From Eledone cirrhosa (Eukaryota): a DNA stretch of 64,000 nucleotides. Where the stretch lies: assembly GCA_964016885.1 (NCBI GenBank), contig OZ024754.1:12524001-12588000 (forward strand), written 5' to 3'. Shown here in pieces: positions 12,409-26,443 of the stretch; the stretch's first letter is position 1; the number at the start of each line of letters is the position of its first letter. The notes beneath the pieces are model-generated. The model searched no databases. It had not been told where the DNA came from and saw nothing but the letters and a program-made list of their open reading frames with translations. A program made the position numbers and the translations under genes.

Positions 12409-12608
12409 NNNNNNNNNNNNNNNNNNNNNNNNNNNNNNNNNNNNNNNNNNNNNNNNNNNNNNNNNNNNNNNNNNNNNNNNNNNNNNNNNNNNNNNNNNNN
12501 NNNNNNNNNNNNNNNNNNNNNNNNNNNNNNNNNNNNNNNNNNNNNNNNNNNNNNNNNNNNNNNNNNNNNNNNNNNNNNNNNNNNNNNNNNNNNNNNNNNN
12601 NNNNNNNN
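12409..12608. other. Assembly gap (200 N)
   Basis: Run of n. Confidence 1.
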
Positions 12609-15600
12609 ACAGCTCTCTGTCTCTGTCTCGTCAGTGATATCTCACTACTGTTATATATACAGCTCTCTGTCTCTCTGTCTCGTCAGTGATATCTCACTAC
12701 TGTTATATATACAGCTCTCTGTCTCCGTCTCCTCGTCAGTGATATCTCACTACTGTTATATATACAGCTCTCTGTCTCTGTCTCCTCATCAGTGATATCT
12801 CACTACTGTTATATATACAGCTCTCTGTCTCCGTCTCCTCGTCAGTGATATCTCACTACTGTTATATATACAGCTCTCTGTCTCTGTCTCGTCAGTGATA
12901 TCTCACTACTGTTATATATACAGCTCTCTGTCTCCTCGTCAGTGATATCTCACTACTGTTATATATACAGCTCTCTGTCTCCTCGTCAGTGATATCTCAC
13001 TACTGTTATATATACAGCTCTCTGTCTCCTCATCAGTGATATCTCACTACTGTTATATATACAGCTCTCTGTCTCTGTCTCGTCAGTGATATCTCACTAC
13101 TGTTATATATACAGCTCTCTGTCTCCGTCTCCTCGTCAGTGATATCTCACTACTGTTATATATACAGCTCTCTGTCTCTGTCTCGTCAGTGATATCTCAC
13201 TACTGTTATATATACAGCTCTCTGTCTCTGTCTCGTCAGTGATATCTCACTACTGTTATATATACAGCTCTCTGTCTCCTCGTCAGTGATATCTCACTAC
13301 TGTTATATATACAGCTCTCTGTCTCCTCATCAGTGATATCTCACTACTGTTATATATACAGCTCTCTGTCTCCGTCTCCTCGTCAGTGATATCTCACTAC
13401 TGTTATATATACAGCTCTCTGTCTCTGTCTCCTCATCAGTGATATCTCACTACTGTTATATATACAGCTCTCTGTCTCTGTCTCGTCAGTGATATCTCAC
13501 TACTGTTATATATACAGCTCTCTGTCTCCTCATCAGTGATATCTCACTACTGTTATATATACAGCTCTCTGTCTCCTCATCAGTGATATCTCACTACTGT
13601 TATATATACAGCTCTCTGTCTCCTCATCAGTGATATCTCACTACTGTTATATATACAGCTCTCTGTCTCTGTCTCGTCAGTGATATCTCACTACTGTTAT
13701 ATATACAGCTCTCTGTCTCCTCGTCAGTGATATCTCACTACTGTCATATATACAGTAGTGATATCTCACTACTGTTATATATACAGCTCTCTGTCTCTGT
13801 CTCGTCAGTGATATCTCACTACTGTTATATATACAGCTCTCTGTCTCTGTCTCGTCAGTGATATCTCACTACTGTTATATATACAGCTCTCTGTCTCTGT
13901 CTCGTCAGTGATATCTCACTACTGTTATATATACAGCTCTCTGTCTCCTCGTCAGTGATATCTCACTACTGTTATATATACAGTAGTGATATCTCACTAC
14001 TGTTATATATACAGTAGTGATATCTCACTACTGTTATATATACAGTAGTGATATCTCACTACTGTTATATATACAGCTCTCTGTCTCCTCATCAGTGATA
14101 TCTCACTACTGTTATATATACAGCTCTCTGTCTCTGTCTCCTCATCAGTGATATCTCACTACTGTTATATATACAGCTCTCTGTCTCTGTCTCCTCATCA
14201 GTGATATCTCACTACTGTTATATATACAGCTCTCTGTCTCTGTCTCCTCATCAGTGATATCTCACTACTGTTATATATACAGCTCTCTGTCTCTGTCTCC
14301 TCATCAGTGATATCTCACTACTGTTATATATACAACTCTCTGTCTCTGTCTCCTCATCAGTGATATCTCACTACTGTTATATATACAGTAGTGATATCTC
14401 ACTACTGTTATATATACAGTAGTGATATCTCACTACTGTTATATATACAGTAGTGATATCTCACTACTGTTATATATACAGCTCTCTGTCTCCTCATCAG
14501 TGATATCTCACTACTGTTATATATACAGCTCTCTGTCTCTGTCTCCTCATCAGTGATATCTCACTACTGTTATATATACAGCTCTCTGTCTCTGTCTCCT
14601 CATCAGTGATATCTCACTACTGTTATATATACAGCTCTCTGTCTCTGTCTCCTCATCAGTGATATCTCACTACTGTTATATATACAGCTCTCTGTCTCTG
14701 TCTCGTCAGTGATATCTCACTACTGTTATATATACAGCTCTCTGTCTCTGTCTCGTCAGTGATATCTCACTACTGTTATATATACAACTCTCTGTCTCTG
14801 TCTCCTCATCAGTGATATCTCACTACTGTTATATATACAGCTCTCTGTCTCTGTCTCGTCAGTGATATCTCACTACTGTTATATATACAGCTCTCTGTCT
14901 CTGTCTCCTCATCAGTGATATCTCAATACTGTTATATATACAGCTCTCTGTCTCTGTCTCCTCATCAGTGATATCTCACTACTGTTATATATACAGCTCT
15001 CTGTCTCTGTCTCCTCATCAGTGATATCTCACTACTGTTATATATACAGCTCTCTGTCTCCTCATCAGTGATATCTCACTACTGTTATATATACAGCTCT
15101 CTGTCTCTGTCTCGTCAGTGATATCTCACTACTGTTATATATACAGCTCTCTGTCTCTGTCTCCTCATCAGTGATATCTCACTACTGTTATATATACAGC
15201 TCTCTGTCTCTGTCTCCTCATCAGTGATATCTCACTACTGTTATATATACAGCTCTCTGTCTCTGTCTCCTCATCAGTGATATCTCACTACTGTTATATA
15301 TACAGCTCTCTGTCTCTGTCTCCTCATCAGTGATATCTCACTACTGTTATATATACAGCTCTCTGTCTCTGTCTCCTCATCAGTGATATCTCACTACTGT
15401 TATATATACAGCTCTCTGTCTCTGTCTCCTCATCAGTGATATCTCACTACTGTTATATATACAGCTCTCTGTCTCTGTCTCCTCATCAGTGATATCTCAC
15501 TACTGTTATATATACAGCTCTCTGTCTCTGTCTCGTCAGTGATATCTCACTACTGTTATATATACAGCTCTCTGTCTCCTCGTCAGTGATATCTCACTAC

Positions 15601-16312
15601 TGTTATATATACAGCTCTCTGTCTCCTCGTCAGTGATATCTCACTACTGTTATATATACAGCTCTCTGTCTCTGTCTCGTCAGTGATATCTCACTACTGT
15701 TATATATACAGCTCTCTGTCTCTGTCTCGTCAGTGATATCTCACTACTGTTATATATACAGCTCTCTGTCTTTGTCTCGTCAGTGATATCTCACTACTGT
15801 TATATATACAGCTCTCTGTCTCGTTGTCAGTGATATCTCACTACTGTTATATATACAGCTCTCTGTCTCTCTGTCTCGTCAGTGATATCTCACTACTGTT
15901 ATATATACAGCTCTCTGTCTCCTCGTCAGTGATATCTCACTACTGTTATATATACAGCTCTCTGTCTCCTCGTCAGTGATATCTCACTACTGTTATATAT
16001 ACAGTAGTGATATCTCACTACTGTTATATATACAGCTCTCTGTCTCCGTCTCCTCATCAGTGATATCTCACTACTGTTATATATACAGTAGTGATATCTC
16101 ACTACTGTTATATATACAGCTCTCTGTCTCCGTCTCCTCATCAGTGATATCTCACTACTGTTATATATACAGTAGTGATATCTCACTACTGTTATATATA
16201 CAGCTCTCTGTCTCTGTCTCCTCGTCAGTGATATCTCACTACTGTTATATATACAGCTCTCTGTCTCTGTCTCTGTCTCGTCAGTGATATCTCACTACTG
16301 TTATATATACAG
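12609..16312. repeat. 3.7-kb minisatellite: constant 30-bp core plus variable CT-rich linker (units ~31-56 bp)
   Basis: agtgatatctcactactgttatatatacag + ctctctgtct(ctgtct)cctc(a/g)tc, or linker-less units. Confidence 0.97.
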
Positions 16313-16496
16313 CAAAAAACATTCATTAAGTTGTGTCATGTATTTATGATTTATTATTAACACTTGATGTTCTTATCAATGATTTCCTTATTTCTCTATT
16401 TACTATATTCATGGCACTAGCTTGCTACAGCCATGAATATAGACAGATAATAAATATGTCTGTGTGTCTATCATTATTATCATTGACATCATCGAA

Positions 16497-17135
16497 GGGT
16501 GGTGGATTGGCAGTATCGGTAGAGGGTCGGACGCCATGCTTTGAAGCATAGAGTTACGTCCCTTTATGATCTGAGTTCAAATCCCGTCGAGGTTGACTTT
16601 GCCTTTCATCCTTACGGGGTCGATAAAATAAGGTACCAGTAATGCACTGGGGTAATTGCTGGCCTTGTGCCTAACGTAGAAACAATTATTATCATTGACA
16701 TCATCGAAGGGTGGTGGATTGGCAGTATCGGGAGAGGGTCGGACGCCATGCTTTGAAGCATAGAGTTACGTCCCTTTATGATCTGAGTTCAAATCCCGCC
16801 GAGGTTAGCTTTGCCTTTCATCCTTACGGGGTCGATAAAATAAAGTACCAGTCACGCACTGAGGTTGATTTCATCGACTTACCCCCCCCCCCCCCCCCAA
16901 AAAAAAATTTGCTGGCCTTGTGCCTACATAAGAAACCATTATTAACACTTGATGTTGTTATCAATGATTTCCTTATTTCTCTATTTACTATATTCATGGC
17001 ACTAGCTTGCTACAGCCATGAATATAGACAGATAATAAATATGTCTGTGTGTCTTGGATTGGCAGTATTGGTAGACGGTCGGACGCCATGCTTTGACGCA
17101 TAGAGTTACGGCCCTTTATGGTTTGAGTTCAAATC
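16497..17135 (+). mobile_element. SINE-1 cluster (two full copies, one 5' fragment)
   Basis: Copies at 16497-16690, 16708-16940 and 17056-17135. Confidence 0.9.
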
Positions 17136-17310
17136 ACACAGTAAGTAAGGTACTCAATACATTGCAGAGTATAAAAGTTTTAATATAGATGAGATTCTAC
17201 AGGACTAGAACTGTTTCATTCTTTAGAAATCATCAGGAATCCCAATTCCTGATGATTTCTAAAGAATGAAACAGTTCTAGTCCTGTAGAATCTCATCTAT
17301 ATTAAAACTT
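17136..17310. mobile_element. Family A element, inverted, with hammerheads on both strands
   Basis: attc-CTGATGA-tttctaaagaat-GAAA-cagttctagtcctg-TA-gaat at 17245-17291 (+), mirrored at 17191-17241 (-). Confidence 0.8.
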
Positions 17311-17337
17311 ATATATATATATATATATATGTTACAT

Positions 17338-18250
17338 ATCGTCGTCATCATTTTACGTCCATTTTTCCATGCTAGCATGGGTTAGACAAGTTGTCCAGAT
17401 GTGAGCCAAGTCAGAGACGATGACTGTCTCCAGCTCACACTAGACTGATTTTGGCTTGGTTTCTATGGAACGATATATATTCATATAAATATATATACAT
17501 CATCATCATCATCATCACCGTTTTACGTCCGTTCTTCCACGCTAGCATGGGTTAGACGGGTTGTCCTGTTGTGGGCAGTGTCTGGTCGGCTGACCATGCC
17601 TTGCTCATACAGGAACTGATCTGGCTTGATTTCTACAGCTGGATGCCCTTCCTAACACCAACCTCATTTACAGTGAGTGCTGGGTGCTTTTTCGTGGCGC
17701 CTACACGTCCACTTTACAGTGTGGGCTGGGTGCTTTTTTGCCGTGGCACCTCCACGACCACCTTATATATATATAAATATACATACATATATCATATATA
17801 TATATAAGTATACATACATATATTACATATATATAAATATACATACATATATTACATATATATAAATATACACACATACATACATACATATATATAAATA
17901 TACATACATATATTACATATATATAAATATACATCATCATCATCATCATCGTTTAACGTCCATCTTCCACGCTAGCATGGGTTACACATATATCTACATA
18001 GTGTAGGTGTCACAACAAAAAAAAAACACACAGTCCACGCTGTAATGTGGACGTGTAGGTAACACGGTAAAAACCTCCCAGTCCACACTGTAAACGTGGT
18101 TGGTGTTAGGAAGGGCATCCTGCTGTAGACAACCTGCCAGACAGTCCTACATGAGCAAGACAACCAATCTTGCCTCAAGTCGGACAATTCCCGTCTAAAC
18201 CCATGCTAGCATGGAAAATGGACGTTAAACGATGATGATGATGATGATGA
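17338..18250. mobile_element. Cluster of short RTE 3'-UTR copies
   Basis: (CAT)n-tttacgtcc..gctagcatgggttaga; 17499-17763 is almost identical to 56110-56378; 18003-18250 is in the opposite orientation. Confidence 0.88.
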
Positions 18251-18252
18251 CG

Positions 18253-18400
18253 GTAGATGTGCACCATGACTTGCAACGGGTGTCTCTGGCCATTCTCTGC
18301 AGTAATGCGGTTTGCTGTTTTGTCAGTGGTGTGCAGCTGATGTACCACTCAGACTGGGGTGCGGGGACTGTCCCTCCCCCTCTCCCCTTCTTTCGCTTCT
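18253..18400 (+). mobile_element. Possible C-terminal remnant of a CRE-like non-LTR element
   Basis: Translates LQRVSLAILCSNAVC, similar to the QRxSxAIQRGNA terminal motif (recalled, not searched). Confidence 0.3.
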
Positions 18401-19678
18401 AGATCCTTCTTTCCTTTTTTCTTTTTCGCCTTTTTTCATTTCCTTTTTGTTTCTCTTTTTCTTCTCCCGTTAATAGTATGTTTTGTTTTCCTTAGAAACT
18501 GACCAATATGTACCTGTACTTTACATGTATTAACCTTTAACACACTGTGGGTGACATAATGCACCATAGAGTAATCTCCAACTAATACATAATGTAGAGT
18601 CACGGGAAATAACTCATAAAAGTTACTAGCATGCTAAAGATTAATAAATATATAGAAAGGAAAAGTAAAAAAAAAATGGATGCATTGTAAACGATTGCCT
18701 TACTATTTATAACTATGGCGTTAGTGGCAATGGTGGTGATGTTGACGTGCTGGTAGTTGAGGAGAACTATAGTTGGGGAGAACTAAACAAACCATTCAGT
18801 AAATACTGGTGGAAAAATACTTAACTATAAAATGAAATAAACAAAGTAAATGTAACAATTATAAAACAAACAAACACTGTTATATCTTCTTCTCATTAAA
18901 CTAAAACAAAATTACCTCCCTACCATCTACACCATTAAAAATCCCTCAATCTTTTTTTTGTTACCTTTATCACCATCATCATCATCATCATCATCATTAT
19001 CATTTTACAAGAAAAAGCGGACATATGATGATGACGATGATGGTAACATAAAAAGCGGACATATGATGACGACGATGAAGGTAACGTAAAAAAATGGATG
19101 AAAAAAGTTTAATCTAATAATCCAATAATTTTTCATTGAAATAATTAATGGAGATAGTTTTTGTTTCAATGCTTGGAATATATTTGTGTTTAAAGTTGAA
19201 TTAGTTCCATGAGTTGTTTGTTTTGCTTGTCTTCCTGCCCTTCACTATTCACATTAGCTGAGGAAATTTCCCACAATGCAACATTGTTAGTGTTAATTAC
19301 TGGAGCAGGTTTTTACAGAGTTCATTCTCTGTATCCATACAATTTATTATTAGAATATTACCAGTAGAGCCTTTAAAATGACAGTAATAAAAACAACACA
19401 AAATAAATTAACTATAATATATAATGGAACAATTTTTGTTGTTTGAATCTGTGTGTATGTGTGCATGTGTGTGTGTGCTTATGTGTCTGTGTATGTTTAT
19501 GTGTATGTTTATGTGTGTTTATGTTTATGTGTATGTTTATGTGTGTGTGTGTGTATGTACATATGTTCTGTATGGGCAAGACACAGTGATCTGATCTGGT
19601 TTGTCTTACAATGGAACAACTCACCTAACCCATACCAGCATGGAAAAATGGATGTTAAATTGTGATTATATATATATA

Positions 19679-19720
<42 letters not shown>

Positions 19721-19792
19721 TACAAACGAACAAAGCGAACATTATAATAAATGTTCGGTAAACTGATACGTGCATATATATATGTGTGCCTG

Positions 19793-19827
<35 letters not shown>

Positions 19828-19879
19828 GCTACTGTACGTCTGTATACATATATGTATGTACGTATACATACATTCTTAC

Positions 19880-19939
<60 letters not shown>

Positions 19940-20499
19940 TGTTTGATGATTTAATGATAAAGAATAAAATCTCAAGATAAAACAAAAATATATTTTAAAA
20001 AAGGACAAGAGTGTGTTGCCCTTAACTCTAGCATATAGTTAAGTCCAGCACTGGGATTAACAATTGAACCCACCAACTTTCATCATTAGCATCACAATTT
20101 AATGTCCATTTTTCTATGTCCCATTGTGAGAGAAGCCAAGTCAGATGACCTTGTTTTGCTCATACAGAACTGATTTTGGCTTGGTTTCTACTTATTTTCC
20201 CCAGCCTGAGGTCAAATACATTTTTGAGAGACCTTGGATGTATATAAATGTAATATCATATAAAGCAAACATATATGTATTTGTAAAGGAATTTATTACA
20301 ATATATAAAATATATTGATACATTAAAGCTTTTAAAGTGTAAACATATTTATTGATTAGAACTAGATACAGTGCATATGTAGAAGCAAAATTCTACCATT
20401 TTCCATTCTTTTCTTGGACAAAATTGATATTGCTAGCTGCTCAAGTATGTGTGTTTTTGTGTGTAAATTTGTAAGTATACTGCCATGGCTAAAAGTATA

Positions 20500-22506
20500 T
20501 GGTCCACACTGTAAAGTGGTCATAATGGTGCCATGACAAAAAAACAGCCAATCCACCTTGTAAGGTGGTAGTGACAGGGCTACAAAAAAACACAAAAAAG
20601 AGGCTCCCATCGTATGTTGTAATGGGGTTAGTGTTAGGAAGGGTATCCAGCCATAGAAATCCCAAGCCAAAAACAGATTTGGAAGAGCAAAATATGGTCA
20701 CCTGCCTGATCTGGCTTATCTCATAATAGGACAACCCGTCTAACCCATGCAAGCATGGAAATTAGATATTAAATGACGATGAGGATGAGGATGGTGATAA
20801 GAATGATAATGACAATGAAGATGATGACAATGAGGACGATAAGAATGATGATGATGATGATGATGGTGATGATGATAAGAATGATAATGATGATGATGAT
20901 GATGATGATGATAATGATGATGATGACAATGGCGATAACAATGATAATGATAATAATGATGATAATGATAATGATGATGATGATGACGACAACGCGAAAA
21001 CAATGATAATAATGATGATGATGATGATGATTACTCATAAAATGATGTTTCAGTTTCAATTTATTTAGGATGAAAATTAAATTATAAAAGCAAACAAACT
21101 GTATTCAGTGATTTCCAAACACCTAACAGAGAATTTAAAAGTGGTAATTATTCTTTTAAAATATAATTTTGCTGAAAGTTGTGTATTAAATTAGAAATTG
21201 TTAAATTCTAACAGAGAAAAAGAAAACAAATAAGGAATCCACTACCCCTACTCCATCCTCCCACTCCCACCAACACCACCCTGTCTCTGTAAAGTTGGTA
21301 CCACAACATCCAGTCCAAATAAATGAGATATCGAGATCGAGATCGTGTTGGTGTCACGACAAAAAAAAACAAAAAAACACACACAGTCCACGCTGTAATG
21401 TGGCCATGTTGGTAACATGGTAAAAAGTTCCCAATTCCACACTGTAAATGTGGTTGGTGTTAGGAAGGGCATCCAGCCGTAGAAAAAAAACCTGCCAGAT
21501 ACAGTCCTTTATGAGCGAGAAAGGGTCACCCGACCAACCTTGCTTCAAATTGGGACAACTCCCGTCTAACCCATGCTAGCGTGGAAGATGGACGTTAAAC
21601 GATGATGATATGGAGGCTGTTTGTGGCAGTGTGGTGTGGTGGTAGTGAAGCAGTAACCAAACCTATCACACTGTAAATGTGGTGGGTGTTAGGAAGGGCA
21701 TCCAGCCGTAGAAAAAACCTGCCAGATACAGTTCTTTATGAGCGAGAAAGGGTCACCCGACCAGCCTTGCCTCAAATTGGGACAACTCCCGTCTAACCCA
21801 TGCTAGCGTGGAAGATGGACGTTAAACGATGATGATGATGGTGATGATGGTAGAGTATATTTCAAATAAATAATTTTCACACCTTAAAGTGCTTTATTGA
21901 ATCAGTATATTCAATAGATTGTTTGAATTCCTTAACATCATCATCACACTCTTCAGTGTTTATGTCGGCTGTCCACAAATAGGATAACCATGATTCTTTC
22001 TGCAACCTCTTTCAGATCAAATGAAAAAATAAAAAAAGCCGCCCCGAAAAAGCAAAAAAGAAATATTCCTTTTGTATGAACTAATATCTTTTTGTTGTGT
22101 ACTATAAATCTGCATGCATATAGACATATATATTTATGTACACATATATATATATATATATATATATAAATATACATATATATATACATATATATATATA
22201 AATATACATATATATATACATATAAATGAAAATAGAGAAATTAATGTGAGCAAGAAGCCAACAGTATTTCATAATATATATACACACATATATATACACA
22301 CACATCATCATCATCATCATCATCGTTTAACGTCCATATTCCACACTTGCATGGGTTTAGACGGGAGTTTTCCCACTTGAGGCAAGAGTGGTTGTCTTGC
22401 TCGCATAGGACTGTCTGGCGGGTTTTCTACGGCTGGATGCCCTTCCTAACACCAACCAGATTTACAGTGTGGAACTGGGACGTTTTTACCGTGTTACCTA
22501 CACGGC

Positions 22507-22508
<2 letters not shown>
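20500..22508. mobile_element. RTE 3'-UTR copies (20500-20775 +, 21245-21610 +, 21665-21850 +, 22305-22508 -) and (GAT)n tract
   Basis: Shared gtgttaggaagggcatccagccgtagaaa...aacccatgctagc...(GAT)n. Confidence 0.85.
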
Positions 22509-22551
<43 letters not shown>

Positions 22552-23057
22552 TTGCGAGGGTTTTGATATAAAATCGTGTGTCGAAACAAATATTGTTATA
22601 CTTGGGCGGGAGGAGGGGGGGGGGTGTCATATTGATGTAATAGTATTGCCAGAAATAATTACCGAACACACTCACTGTTTGGTTGGTTTTCGCTTCTGTG
22701 TCTTTTATATCTCCACAGTTAATTGATTCGGTCCTCAATGATTACCATTGACTGACCAACGGTCAAAAATACAGATATAATATAGATATAAACACATATA
22801 TATAGTCTTATAAAGTTCTTTCGTTGCACATCTGCAACATCATCAGTGGTACTATTATGTTCCTCCTGTTGTATTGTATTGTATATCTACGCCATTTTTA
22901 TATAATATCATCATCATCATTGTTTAACGTCCATTTTCCACAAACACACACACATATATATATGTATGGTCCCCTAACTCCCAATAGACTCGTAGGGGAA
23001 CTGTATTAATATACAGAGTTTCTTGGGCATCTTAAGACTGCCGGAGCCCTCTCCAGG

Positions 23058-23106
<49 letters not shown>

Positions 23107-23452
23107 ATGTATGTGTATATATATATATATGTGTGTGTGTGTATGTATGTGTATATATATATATATATATATAACACACGCACACACACACACACACTCA
23201 AGCGAGACAACAACACACGCACACACACACACACAGTAACATTTAACAAACAGGCAGAGAATGGACTGACAGCTAGCGCCATGCCACTCCCTCATTCGGC
23301 CACTGACCTCTGTACGACCGACCCCATTCTGCCGAATACCTGTACAACCGACCCCGCTCTGCCGAATACCTCAGATATTCAAAACAACAAACAGCGAAGG
23401 CGCATTCCGGACCTGTCTGACAGACAACCTTTTCCCCCACCCCGGAAAAAAA

Positions 23453-23488
23453 CCCCAGTTGATGGATGTGAATCCGAAATATATAGGG
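23453..23488 (+). ncRNA. Degenerate very short hammerhead motif
   Basis: ccc-CAGTTGA-tggat/atcc-GAAA-tata-TA-ggg; two core mismatches. Confidence 0.4.
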
Positions 23489-23740
23489 ACTATTAAATCT
23501 CTCCCAAGGTAACTCTCTCTTGTGTTGTTATTTTTATTCTATCCTTTATACTCTTCCCTTCATTCTACACATCTCACACATCTTATACACACCACGCATA
23601 TCAACGTACACCCACTTACATCTCTCTCTCCACCACCGGACCTTGTTACCCGGAGATTTACCCATTTGCATTGTCGAGGCTTCCAAACGACTTAAAGATA
23701 TTTACTTATTGTTCCACAATGCTTCAAGCAAACTTCAATA

Positions 23741-23772
<32 letters not shown>

Positions 23773-23777
<5 letters not shown>

Positions 23778-24035
23778 GAGTTAAACAAAGTTCAATGAAT
23801 ACATCAAAGAATGAGTTTTACAATAGATTGGAAGCACTCAACAATGAAAATGTTTTCCAGAGTTATTAATATTAATTCAAAATATTAACAAAATAGATAT
23901 TCTTGTGATCAATTATATTTTATTATACATATTTCAGAGGTACTCAGTTAAGTTCAACAGTACGTCCTCATCAGATAAAATAATATGATACATGACATAA
24001 CCTGACATAGTAGATGGTTAAGATTCAATCAAGGT
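23773..24035 (-). mobile_element. Family E element with hammerhead at 23916-23982
   Basis: Minus strand tattttat-CTGATGA-ggacgtactg..agtacctct-GAAA-tatgta-TA-ataaaata; (TA)n flanks. Confidence 0.75.
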
Positions 24036-25036
24036 ATATATATTATTATATATATTTCTCAATTTTTATTCTGTTCCTATTTCATCTTTTATTTCTCACC
24101 CTATCTTCTGTTAGTGTCTGAAACATTGAGATTATTTTCCTATTATTTCAAGTGTTAAACGAATATATTTCTTCATTGTACTGTGTTGTTTGCTTTATTA
24201 TTTCTATTTCCTTTTTACACACGCACATACACACACACACACGCACAGACACTCACCCACACACACGCACAGACACACACACACACACACACAGACACTC
24301 ACCCACACACACACACACAGAGACTCACCCACACATATGCACAGACACTCACCCACATGCACAGACACTCACACACATGCACAGACACTCACACATATGC
24401 ATGCTCACAAATATACATATCAACAGGAGAAAATAGATTCTAAAACAACAATGACAATGGCTATGATGATGTTGATGATGACAATAATGATACATCTCTT
24501 GAAAGGTAGCTTCTTCTGAATGATGTTAGTGGAAATGAAATGACACAAAGGTTGAAAGGAGAGAAGAAGAGAGAATGTAAGGGTAAGGGGAATGAAGTTT
24601 AAACGACTGGCAAAACTTCTGCAATAGTCTCTTTCTACTTTGGCTAGTTAGATTATTATAACCCTTTTGATGTAAGTCAACCATTTATTTTTTATTATCT
24701 TTATTCCTATTTGTTATCAATTTTCCTATATTGTATTCTTTTTTCTTTCTTTTTGTTTTTTGGGGTCTTTTTTTTTTTTTTGGTTAGTTGGCGCTAACAG
24801 TTCTTATAAGCAATGTTTTCTTCATAGCCTGGCAGAATAATAACAAAAAAAAACAATCTCAGATAACTGTGTGGTTAAGACATTTTTAAAATCACGTTCC
24901 AGGAATTGATAAGTGGGTTCCATTATATTTATAAATGACATTGTGTTGTTTGGTTGTATCTTGGTGACATTAGTGGATTGTCAGAATTGGTAGACCACCA
25001 AATAAAATCTCTTTTGCAAACCATTAATTTATCAAC

Positions 25037-25640
25037 GGTGAAGTGGCAGTATCAGTAGAGGGTTGGACACCATGCTTTCTAGCATAGTTACGTCCCTTTA
25101 TGGTCTGAGTTCAAATCCCTTCGAGGTTAACTTTGCCTTTCATCCTTACGGGGTCGATAAAATAAAGTACCAGTAATGTACTGGGTAATTGCTGGCCTTG
25201 TGCCAAAAGTAGAAACAATTAATTTATCAAAACACAAATTTTCCATTTTATGATTGTTCCTATATCTGGTAATCCTGCTATATATCCCATTCCTAGATGC
25301 CAAAAATTAAATATTTTTGATGCTATTTCCCCTCATTAGTGATTACAAGGGTTCACTATACATAAATAATTGTTTCTACTTTTGGCACAAGGCCAGCAAT
25401 TATTCCAGTGCATTACTGGTACTTTATTTTATCGACCCCGTAAGGATGAAAGGCAAAGTTAACCTCGGCGGGATTTGAACTCAGATCATAAAATAATGAT
25501 TTCTTTTTTAGGTACAAGGGCAACAATTTTGGTGGAGGGGAAAGTCGATTAAATTGACCACAGTGCATTACTGGTATTTTATTTTATCAACCGTATAAGG
25601 ATGAAAGGCTTAGCTATCCTCAGCAGGGTTTGAAATCAGA
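25037..25640. mobile_element. SINE-1 copies in convergent orientation
   Basis: 25037-25222 (+), 25367-25490 (-), 25497-25640 (-). Confidence 0.88.
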
Positions 25641-25699
25641 AAAGTCCCTCTCTAGATGCTAACTCCACCAGTTACAGACTGCACATCAATATGAAATAT

Positions 25700-26047
25700 T
25701 TTTCTCCACAAAGTTCGATCACCAGCAGCAGAGTTTAAAGAGCAAAGGTCAAGTCCAGTTCATAAGTTGATATTGTCAAGCCATTGTTTTGGCTGCCGGC
25801 CTCTGCTTTTCTTACCAGCCAACCTTCCTTCCAGGCATAACTTACCCACACTACAAGTTAATCTTTTGATATGGCTGTACAGTTTAAGCACTCTTGACGT
25901 GACAACCGATGCGATTGGTCTAAGTCTGGTAATGTTGAGCAGCTCATTAATACAGATACGGTCACTGAGCCGCTTGCCAGTCATAAGTCTCATGATGTGG
26001 TTCTGGAATGTAGAGAGCTTCTGAAGTGATCTTGCCGTCTGCTGCAA
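25700..26047 (-). mobile_element. Old RTE-like LINE C-terminal fragment
   Basis: LKLYSHIKR...LEGRLAGKKSRGRQPKQWLDNI. Confidence 0.75.
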
Positions 26048-26443
26048 AGCATGTTGGCATACACTCTACTAATTCTGGTAATCCACCACCTTCCCTAGTG
26101 ATAAATAATAATCAATGTTATTATACTACAGCTTCACTTCTTAAAGTCTAAACGCTTGTCAGTTCTCAAACAGACAGGCTAACCATTTTGAATTATCAGA
26201 ATTTTATTCAATTAAACTGAGAAAATCTGTGCCTTACAGTAACAAATATATCAATGTGAACTGCCTTCATCACAATTCAGACAACTTTACAATTTATCTC
26301 CAACATTGAAACTGTCTGACTACGTACAGAGTTTTAATTAATTCTTATACTTGTTATACACTTAGTAATTTGTCTTCTTGCACTTCCTAACTTGGGTGTG
26401 TGCGTGTGTCTGTGTGTGTCTGTGTGTGTCTGTGTGTGTCTGA

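Noticed and set aside
12609-16312. CRISPR-like array (constant ~30-bp palindromic repeat with variable linkers)
   Set aside because: The linkers are slippage variants of one CT-rich sequence, not unique spacers. No cas genes are present and the context is eukaryotic.
16497-16590. tRNA gene
   Set aside because: The A/B boxes belong to multicopy SINE heads; no complete cloverleaf.
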